Assembly (NCBI GenBank): GCA_007375675.1 | Contig: VMEU01000003.1 | Coordinates: 8,692-72,691 of the forward strand | Direction: 5' to 3' | Length of the DNA stretch: 64,000 nt | DNA from: Parcubacteria group bacterium Greene0416_39 | Lineage (GTDB): Bacteria; Patescibacteriota; Minisyncoccia; Minisyncoccales; UBA10102 | Shown here: positions 56,783 through 64,000 of the stretch, piece by piece | Position numbering within the stretch: position 1 is the stretch's first letter | Layout: each line of letters opens with the position of its first letter | The notes under the pieces: generated by a model | Seen by the model: only the letters and a program-made list of their open reading frames with translations | Database searches by the model: none | What the model was told of the DNA's origin: nothing | Program-made: the position numbers and the translations under genes

Positions 56783-58194
56783 GAAAGGAGTTGTATTGCT
56801 TCTTGTATGCGCTCGACCGTTTTTTCTTTTCCTAAGACTGAAGCGATTTCAAATGGCCCTGCTGACGCCTCTTTTCCTGAAAGCGCAACTCTCAATGGCC
56901 AGAGTAAGTATCCCCTGTCCCCCATTGTAGCTTTGGCAAGAAATACCTGTTCAAGTTTTTCTTTTGTCCATTCATCTGCTTTCAAAGACGCGGCAATGTT
57001 TTCGCACTGCTCAAGAGCGTCTTTTGCATCCTTTTCAGTATACTTCTTCCAGCGCAACATGTCTTTTGGATAACTTAGCTTGTCTTTAAAGAAAAAATCC
57101 GCGAATCCCACAATTTCTGAAAGTTTTTTCAGGCGTTCCTGGTATAGAGAAACAACTTTCTCAAGAAGTGGGAGGTCAACGTCAAATCCTGCGGATTCCA
57201 GGTACGGCTTGCAGAATTCTGCCAATTCTTTCAAAGATTTTTTGCGGATGTACGAACCGTTGATCCAGTCTAAACGCTTGGGGTTAAAGACTGCTCCTCC
57301 TTTATGAACCCTTTCTAGTGAAAACTCTTTCACGAGTTCTTCTAGGGTGAAGAGTTCGCGGTTGTCTCCAGGGTTCCAGCCAAGCAACACAAGAAAATTC
57401 ACAATTGCCTCAGGAAGATACCCCTGTATTCTGAACTGCGTCACGGAATTATCCCCGTGGCGTTTGCTCAACTTTGTACGATCTCCTCCTAAAACCAAAG
57501 GAAGATGCGCGTATGCAGGCCTCGTGAAACCAAGGGCTTCCTGGAGAAGAATCTGCTTTGGGGTGTTGGAAATATGGTCTTCTCCTCGGATCACGTGGGT
57601 GATAGTCATCTCAAAATCATCAACAACCACCGAAAAGTTATACAGAGGCGTTGTCAGGTCTTTTGCAATTACTATATCCCCCATTAACCCGGCATCAAAC
57701 TTCACCTGGCCCCGAATAAGGTCATGGAACGAAACAATTTTTGCTGGAACAAGAAAACGAATCACGCAAGGTTTTTTTTCTTGGAGATTTTTTTCAAGTT
57801 CTTTTGGAGTAAGAGTTCTGCACGTTCCTTTGTAAGAAGGCGCTACTCCCCTGCTCAACTGGTCTTGGCGTTGCGCTTCCAGGTCTTCTTCTTTGCAAAA
57901 GCAGTAATATGCCTTTCCCTGCGTTAAAAGCTGCGTGAGATATTTTGCGTAAATTTCTGTTCGTTCGCTCTGGCGATAGAATTCATCCCATTCAAGGCCA
58001 AGCCATGTGAGATTGTCTACAATATCCTGTTCCCATTCTGGTTTGGAACGTTCCTTATCAGTATCTTCAATACGCAAGACAAAAGTTCCTTCTGTATGTT
58101 TTGCAAAAAGATAGTTGAACAACGCAGCCCTTACATTCCCCATATGCAAAGCACCCGTAGGAGAAGGCGCAAACCGTGTGCGAACCTTTTTCAT
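56779..58194 (-). CDS. gltX: glutamyl-tRNA synthetase
   Basis: RFAPSPTG.LHMG, RIEDTD, KLSKR. Confidence 0.97.
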   Translation of the reverse strand: MKKVRTRFAPSPTGALHMGNVRAALFNYLFAKHTEGTFVLRIEDTDKERSKPEWEQDIVDNLTWLGLEWDEFYRQSERTEIYAKYLTQLLTQGKAYYCFCKEEDLEAQRQDQLSRGVAPSYKGTCRTLTPKELEKNLQEKKPCVIRFLVPAKIVSFHDLIRGQVKFDAGLMGDIVIAKDLTTPLYNFSVVVDDFEMTITHVIRGEDHISNTPKQILLQEALGFTRPAYAHLPLVLGGDRTKLSKRHGDNSVTQFRIQGYLPEAIVNFLVLLGWNPGDNRELFTLEELVKEFSLERVHKGGAVFNPKRLDWINGSYIRKKSLKELAEFCKPYLESAGFDVDLPLLEKVVSLYQERLKKLSEIVGFADFFFKDKLSYPKDMLRWKKYTEKDAKDALEQCENIAASLKADEWTKEKLEQVFLAKATMGDRGYLLWPLRVALSGKEASAGPFEIASVLGKEKTVERIQEAIQLLS

Positions 58195-58209
58195 ACCTCA
58201 ACCGTACCA

Positions 58210-59361
58210 CTAACTTTTGAGATACTCAAGGATGTACTGTGCAAGAGTTTTGGCGGCGGCGGGTTTTGCGAAACTTAAAGCGGCTTGAGACATCTTCTGG
58301 AGCTCTTGGGGATTGTGAAGCAGATACCTAAGTTTCTCCAGAAAAAAATGCGGGGTGAGGTTTGATTCCTCAAGCACAATTGCTGCTCCGGTTCTTGCAT
58401 ACTCATAGGCGTTCTCAAGTTGATGGCCTTGAGCGGATTCTGGAAGCGGAATCAAAATAGAGGGCTTTCCCAAAGCTGCAACTTCAAAAATGATTCCAGA
58501 CCCTGCCCTGCTCACAACAAAATCTGAAACTGCGTAGGCGTGCTTGAGTTCGTTTTCAGGAAGAAACGGCCTTGGATGATACAAAGCATCTTTTGGAGAT
58601 TTCATCACTACCTTTGCTTCGGCCACAACTTGGTCAAAGTTTTTCTCCCCTGTTTGGTGGATGATTTCGCATACATCCAAAGCATCGTTCAGAGCAAGCA
58701 AAAGCATATCGTTTATTCTTTGAGCTCCTTGAGACCCCCCAAGAACCAATAGAACGGGCTTGTCTCCTTTGGAGGGTACAGTACTGTACCCTCCTTTGAG
58801 CTTGAAAATTTCAGCAGCCTCTGCTTTTGAGCCTGCAAGTATTTCCTTGCGTATAGGGTTTCCTATCGCCATTGCCTTTTCTAAAGAAAGATTCTTTGTA
58901 CGAGGAAAAGAGGTAAAAAGTTTCAAGGCAAACGTTGCCCCAATTCTGTTGGCAAGGCCGGCAACCGAATCTGACTCATGCAAGAATATGGGTATTCGCA
59001 AAAGCCAGCCTGCAATGGTTGCGGGAAGCGCGCCGTATCCCCCTTTGGAAACGATAACGTCGGGAGCAAGGACAAAGAGTTTCCAGAACGCCTGCATAAT
59101 GCCAAAGGGCACAAAAAAGAAAAGATCAACAATATTTTGAAGAATTGCTTTTACTCCGCCGTATCTTCTCAGCTTTCCTGCCAGCACTTTTGACACCTTA
59201 ATCCCCTCTTGAGAAAGGAACATTGTTCCAAAGTCATCTTGCGGGCCAAGGTAAAAAAATTCCACGTCTTTACTCCCGGAGATTTTACGTATCTCCCTTG
59301 CAATTGCGACAATGGGCAAAATGTGCCCGCCTGTTCCGCCCCCTGTAAACAAAATCTTCAT
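58210..59361 (-). CDS. murG: UDP-GlcNAc:lipid I transferase MurG
   Basis: GGGTGGH, GGY, GNPIR, GGSQGA, SRAG, HQ..NA. Confidence 0.96.
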   Translation of the reverse strand: MKILFTGGGTGGHILPIVAIAREIRKISGSKDVEFFYLGPQDDFGTMFLSQEGIKVSKVLAGKLRRYGGVKAILQNIVDLFFFVPFGIMQAFWKLFVLAPDVIVSKGGYGALPATIAGWLLRIPIFLHESDSVAGLANRIGATFALKLFTSFPRTKNLSLEKAMAIGNPIRKEILAGSKAEAAEIFKLKGGYSTVPSKGDKPVLLVLGGSQGAQRINDMLLLALNDALDVCEIIHQTGEKNFDQVVAEAKVVMKSPKDALYHPRPFLPENELKHAYAVSDFVVSRAGSGIIFEVAALGKPSILIPLPESAQGHQLENAYEYARTGAAIVLEESNLTPHFFLEKLRYLLHNPQELQKMSQAALSFAKPAAAKTLAQYILEYLKS

Positions 59362-59468
59362 GGTAAGTTATCCCATCATACCTTGGTTTTTCGAATAAAA
59401 AAAGCCCGGCGAGTAGCAGTTGCCGGGTCTTTGGAAGAAGGGCTGACGAGACAGGTCAGCCCCTCTCC

Positions 59469-60896
59469 TTATTCGTTGTAGGATTGCAGCTTCTCTGCAG
59501 CGCTGGGGTGCCGGAGTTTGCGCAGCGCCTTGGCCTCAAGCTGGCGGATGCGTTCCCTCGTTATCCCATATTCTCGTCCCACCTGTTCTAAAGTCCATGG
59601 ACGTCCGTCCACGAATCCGAACCGCAGCTGCAGTATTCGCTTTTCCCTCGCAGTAAGGGTTTTTTCAAGCACTTCTTGCATCGTATTTTGCAGGTCTGTG
59701 CGTTCTGCTGCGTCCCCAGGGGTTGGTGCGCCGCGGTCTACGATGAAATCTTCCAGGTCCTTTTCGTTGTTTTCTTCTCGGTTGTATATGGGGGTTTGCA
59801 GAGACACGGGTTCTTGGGAGATTGCCAGGATTTCTTCTACCCTTTCTGAAGGCAGATTCACGGCCTGCCCTATTTCTTCTGTTGTGGGCTCATGGCCATA
59901 TTGCTGGGCCAGCCGACTCTGCTGACGCATGAGCTTGCTGATAGTTTCCACCATGTGCACGGGGACGCGTATGGTCCTTGCCTGGTCTGCAATGGCCCGG
60001 GTTACAGCTTGACGAATCCACCACGTGGCGTAGGTTGAGAACTTGTAGCCTTTGCGGTAATTAAACTTTCCTACCGCACGAATGAGGCCAATGTTGCCCT
60101 CCTGAATCATGTCCAGAAGAGCCAGGCCCCGGTCCTGATGTCTCTTTGCAATGCTCACCACCAAGCGCAGATTTGCCTCAGTCAGCTTGGCCCGAGCTTG
60201 CTCGCCCTCTGCCAGGATGCGGTTAAAGTGGTTCTGAAATAGGAGGTTCAAGCGTTCCCAGTCAACACCTTCTTGGCCTTCAGTAAGTTTTGCGTCCAGC
60301 TGATCCAGGTTCTGGTTGCCCAAAACCTCAACTGCTTCTTTTGGGAGCAGGAGGGTAGCCAAAGACAAGTCTATCACTTCTTGGAGCGCCTCTTGAGGGG
60401 CTATGCCCAAGGATTCAGCCGCCCTCACAACCATGTCCTCATCTGGCTTCCAGTCAATGGATGCCCTCAATTCCGGGATCGTGATTATCTGCTTGAGGGT
60501 TAGGCAGGTTTCTGGGAGCTCCAAGTCTTTGGCTATGGCAACCAGCACAGGAGCTTTCCCAACCACCTGGTGCAGCAATGCAACCACGGTTTCCCACGCT
60601 TCCGGGGCCCGCGTCATTACTAAGGTAAACTGTGCCTCCAACTCTTTGAGATGCCATGCGACGTCTCTCTGGCGGGCCAATACAGGTTCTTCAGTTGGTT
60701 TCAGTAGCTTTACCTTGCCAATCTCCCAAAGATACATGCGTACCGGGTCTTCGAATACCTCCTCGGTGCTGTCGTTTGGCGTCTCCGGCTGTAGATCATC
60801 CAATTCTTCCTTCTTAGCCTCGAGCTCGACTTGAATAGACGCTTCTTCCTCTTCTCCTAGAGGAAAAACTCCTAGGACATGACTATTCTCTTCCAT
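59469..60896 (-). CDS. RpoD-like sigma-70 factor with large non-conserved insert
   Basis: [45 protein letters not shown] before ATG 60896. Confidence 0.93.
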   Translation of the reverse strand: MEENSHVLGVFPLGEEEEASIQVELEAKKEELDDLQPETPNDSTEEVFEDPVRMYLWEIGKVKLLKPTEEPVLARQRDVAWHLKELEAQFTLVMTRAPEAWETVVALLHQVVGKAPVLVAIAKDLELPETCLTLKQIITIPELRASIDWKPDEDMVVRAAESLGIAPQEALQEVIDLSLATLLLPKEAVEVLGNQNLDQLDAKLTEGQEGVDWERLNLLFQNHFNRILAEGEQARAKLTEANLRLVVSIAKRHQDRGLALLDMIQEGNIGLIRAVGKFNYRKGYKFSTYATWWIRQAVTRAIADQARTIRVPVHMVETISKLMRQQSRLAQQYGHEPTTEEIGQAVNLPSERVEEILAISQEPVSLQTPIYNREENNEKDLEDFIVDRGAPTPGDAAERTDLQNTMQEVLEKTLTAREKRILQLRFGFVDGRPWTLEQVGREYGITRERIRQLEAKALRKLRHPSAAEKLQSYNE

Positions 60897-60957
60897 GCTT
60901 TTCCTCCCGTCTGCGTTCCAGATGTATAGATAGCGATAAGAACTTCTGCTGTGTTTA

Positions 60958-62067
60958 CTATACCCGTTTTGAGATGTTAAGCAATATTCCCAAAGCAATC
61001 AATTCGGTGAGAAGCGCGGAACCGCCGTAGCTGATGAAAGGCAAAGGAATCCCGGCTAAAGGAAAGATGCCTGTCATAGAACCAATGTTCACCAATGCCT
61101 GCAAGGTTATCCAAAAGGCAATGCCCAAGGCAGTCAACCGTGCAAAAAAGTCTTGCGCCCGTTGAGCAATGACAAAACTTCTCCAGGCAAATGCCAAGAA
61201 CACAAGAAGAAGGAACGCGCTTCCCACAAAGCCCATTTCTTCCGCAAAAATTGCAAAAATGGAATCTGAAATGGGCTCTGGCAAGGTGCCAAATTTCTGA
61301 AAACTCAAGCCAAGCCCCACCCCTGTTAATCCTCCAGATCCTATTCCAATCAACGCCTGTTTTATCTGATACCCTTGTCCCAAAGGATCAAGACCTGGGT
61401 TCAAAAACACCGCAAGCCTGCTAAAACGATAGGGAGCTACGTGGACAAGAAAAAAAAGAAGTCCTGCTCCTAAAACAAGCATTGCCCCGGTGTGCCATAA
61501 GGGAGTAGAAGCCAAGAAATACATCGCAACTCCTGTAAGAGCTAAAATCCCTAATGTGCTGATATCGGGTTGAAGAACCAAAAATACGCTCAGCAGGCCA
61601 AGGATGATTCCAAAAAACAACAACGTGCTACTTGAGCCGCCCCGAGAACGCAATGCCTTCTTTTCTGTTCTGGAGCTTAACCAAGCAGCAGTGTATAAGA
61701 TAAAAGCAAGTTTCAAAAACTCAGAGGGCTGGAAGGAAATTGCGCCAAGAGAAACCCATCGGTATGCTCCTCTTATTTCTCCCCCGACTCCTGGGGCAAA
61801 GGTAAGAGCTAAAAAAAATACGCAAAAAAGAAGCAGAGGGAAGGCAAGTTTTTTCAGCGTCTGCAACGGAAGGAAAAATGCGACAATCCCAAAAAGAATG
61901 CCAGGCAACATACCATACAGCAACTGATGGGAGAAAAAGTAAAACGTGGTGCCGAATTTCTGCATGGAAAACGATGCAGAAACGCTCGCCAAAATCAAAA
62001 TGCCAAAAAATACTAAAGCACAACTTATGGCGAACAATATAATATCTGGGCTATGCGTTCTTTTCAT
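60958..62067 (-). CDS. ftsW: SEDS peptidoglycan polymerase FtsW
   Basis: [23 protein letters not shown]; between murD and murG. Confidence 0.93.
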   Translation of the reverse strand: MKRTHSPDIILFAISCALVFFGILILASVSASFSMQKFGTTFYFFSHQLLYGMLPGILFGIVAFFLPLQTLKKLAFPLLLFCVFFLALTFAPGVGGEIRGAYRWVSLGAISFQPSEFLKLAFILYTAAWLSSRTEKKALRSRGGSSSTLLFFGIILGLLSVFLVLQPDISTLGILALTGVAMYFLASTPLWHTGAMLVLGAGLLFFLVHVAPYRFSRLAVFLNPGLDPLGQGYQIKQALIGIGSGGLTGVGLGLSFQKFGTLPEPISDSIFAIFAEEMGFVGSAFLLLVFLAFAWRSFVIAQRAQDFFARLTALGIAFWITLQALVNIGSMTGIFPLAGIPLPFISYGGSALLTELIALGILLNISKRV

Positions 62068-63304
62068 TCCCTAACTTCTTTACCCATTTTATAAACTGCT
62101 CTCCCCTATCTTTATAATCTTTGAACATGTTAAATGATGAGGCGGCCGGAGACAAAATGCAGATTTTCCCTTTTGCGGTATGAAGATAAGCAAACCATAC
62201 CGCTTCTTGCATATTTTTTGCAAAGAAGTGTTTGGGAGGATTTTTTATACTCGCTAAAATCTTCTTTCCTGTCGTAGGAAAAAGAACGAGAACTCTCACA
62301 GAACTCTTCCCTATGTCTTTCCCTAACTTTTCAAAAGAGATTCCTCGGTCATAGCCGCCAGCAATAAGCGTATACACCTTGGGACCCAAAGCTTCAATTG
62401 CAGCAATCGTTGCCTCGGGAATGGTTGCCAAAGAATCGTTATAGAAAGTAACTCCCTTGAACTCCCCTACTTTTTCTAGCCGGTGAGGAAGCGGCTTGAA
62501 GTTACGAATAGCTTGCTGGATTTTCTTTTCGGGAATTCCGAAAAGTTTCCCAATGAGTATCGCGGGCTCTGTCGATGCAATCCATGAGTAGAGAAGCTCA
62601 GCTTCTTTCTGAGAAGGTGAGCTTCTTAAGTTTTTTCCAAACGGAAGTTTCTGCGCTTTTGAACTTTTTGCAATCTTGCAAACATCTGGATCTTTGGAGT
62701 TGTAGATAAGGAAATCTTCTTCGCTTTGGTGCTTCGTAATGTTTGCTTTTGCGTTGGCATAAGAACGAAAGTTTCCTCCATAGTAATCAAGATGTTCTGG
62801 ATAGAGATTGAGAAATACTGCAATATGCGGGCTCAATGAAAGATTGGTTAGTTGAAAGCTTGAGAGTTCGTATACAAACACATCTTCTGGCGTTGCTGTA
62901 TGAAGAAATTGCAGTACCGGAACCTCAATATTCCCAATGAGATGCGTTTTAATGCCCCCCTGTTTAAGAACGGCGTGCACGAGCGAAGCCGTCGTACTTT
63001 TTCCCTTTGTTCCTGTGATGCCAATAATTGTTCCAGGGCAGTTTTCAAAGAAAATTTCAGTTTGTGAAGTAATCTTTTGATTTTTGGTTATGAACGGAGC
63101 AATAACATAGGGAGGCACTCCAGGAGATTTGATGATAATGTCGTAGTTTTTTAGGGTTTTAAGATAATCTTTGTCAAATTTTTGATCAGCAATCCCAATG
63201 GTTTTTTTAGGGAATTTCTTTTTCAAAAATAAAAGCGTATCTCTCCCCTCTCGTCCAAACCCCAAAATGAGGATCTTTTTCTTTTTGAGCTCATCTAACA
63301 GCAT
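62051..63304 (-). CDS. murD: MurD-family ligase (probably MurD2, L-Glu-adding)
   Basis: GITGTKGKSTT, ELSSFQL, HRLE, YNDS.AT, SPAASSF. Confidence 0.9.
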   Translation of the reverse strand: MLLDELKKKKILILGFGREGRDTLLFLKKKFPKKTIGIADQKFDKDYLKTLKNYDIIIKSPGVPPYVIAPFITKNQKITSQTEIFFENCPGTIIGITGTKGKSTTASLVHAVLKQGGIKTHLIGNIEVPVLQFLHTATPEDVFVYELSSFQLTNLSLSPHIAVFLNLYPEHLDYYGGNFRSYANAKANITKHQSEEDFLIYNSKDPDVCKIAKSSKAQKLPFGKNLRSSPSQKEAELLYSWIASTEPAILIGKLFGIPEKKIQQAIRNFKPLPHRLEKVGEFKGVTFYNDSLATIPEATIAAIEALGPKVYTLIAGGYDRGISFEKLGKDIGKSSVRVLVLFPTTGKKILASIKNPPKHFFAKNMQEAVWFAYLHTAKGKICILSPAASSFNMFKDYKDRGEQFIKWVKKLGNEKNA

Positions 63305-63435
63305 TGTATCCTCAACGTATCACAAAATAAAAAAATGAGGGAGAGCTTGGTTCCTTTTGCTCTCCCTCTTGGCACGTTGCCCCCAGTGGGCTACATGCCT
63401 TTGCCACGCTTTGGCCTTCTTAGAACTTGCCATGG

Positions 63436-63720
63436 CTACTCTTCTTTTTCCCGCAACTTCGCCTCACAGGTTGCGCAGCCGCATCCTATTCTTTTCTCAT
63501 CCCGATAGTTTTTAAGGATCAGGCAAGTAAGCTCTTTCTCGGTTAGACCGAAAGAAATCCCTATTGCAAAAAACTCTTTCATGCGCTTGAGCAAATCTTC
63601 CCGTCCTCGAGGGGAAAGTCCATCAAGATCTATAGATCTGCTGATCATTTGGAAGGCGTACCCTTGCAGTACCTCAAGATCCTCTCGCATCACTGCTTTT
63701 GGATCCGCTACAGTAAGCAC
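63436..63720 (-). CDS. hypothetical protein (single-gene cassette)
   Basis: GAAAGGAGG SD, C-terminal CGCATC; terminator-like hairpin near 63330-63370. Confidence 0.6.
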   Translation of the reverse strand: MLTVADPKAVMREDLEVLQGYAFQMISRSIDLDGLSPRGREDLLKRMKEFFAIGISFGLTEKELTCLILKNYRDEKRIGCGCATCEAKLREKEE

Positions 63721-63827
63721 TTCTTTCCTCCTTTCACCTTTTCAGGTTTGGGTTAGTGGATAATAACTCTAGCAACAATACCTGTCTAGTGGAAAACTAA
63801 ACTCGCAGGCCTTCTTTCTTGTACGTG

Positions 63828-64000
63828 TCAATGGCTATTTTTGAGAATACTTTCAAATCGAGGTGGGAGGAAATGTTTTGCATTCCAAGAGCGAAGTAGA
63901 GGGTGTGTCTTTAGTTTCCTTTGAGAAAGCGAGAGCGCTGCCCTGCTTTCTGCAACAGTACCAACGCACTCAAACGGCTTGAGGCGTTTTTTGCCCGTGA
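63828..64000 (-). CDS. murL: MurL-like UDP-MurNAc-L-Ala-L-Glu epimerase (3' end only)
   Basis: Translated by hand: TGKKRLKPFECVGTVAES...; KPFECVG motif upstream of murD. Confidence 0.7.
   Translation of the reverse strand, partial: TGKKRLKPFECVGTVAESRAALSLSQRKLKTHPLLRSWNAKHFLPPRFESILKNSH

Noticed and set aside
1..64000. Alternative genetic code (UGA=Gly)
   Set aside because: Conserved genes are full length under code 11 and several end in TGA at expected positions

Overview
Chromosomal segment of a small-genome bacterium that looks like Patescibacteria/CPR (Parcubacteria-like, standard code 11; this is inferred from gene content and gene forms). It is mostly housekeeping: aminoacyl-tRNA synthetases, gatCAB, gyrB, dnaE, ribosomal proteins, 7 tRNAs, a dTTP-synthesis cluster and part of the dcw cluster. 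Highlights: (1) a Xer-type tyrosine recombinase split at its HxLRH|S active-site motif by a 421-aa LAGLIDADG intein, with an 11-6-11 dif-like site just upstream and a gene-orientation switch nearby that suggests the terminus; (2) many short palindromic or heptamer elements inserted in frame into housekeeping genes, including the same 27-bp element with a target duplication in both murG and rarA, with sister copies clustered around a GIY-YIG nuclease gene behind tRNA-Trp; (3) a 3.4-kb island between rpsP and khpA made of small strong-SD ORFs separated by two families of repeated hairpins and boxA-like motifs; (4) many self-contained promoter-SD-ORF-terminator cassettes, one an RpoD-like sigma factor, among apparently leaderless core genes; (5) a monomeric mitochondrial-type PheRS, a MurL/MurD2 pair and a strongly non-canonical initiator-like tRNA. 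All calls are by eye from the sequence and ORF track; no database searches were run.
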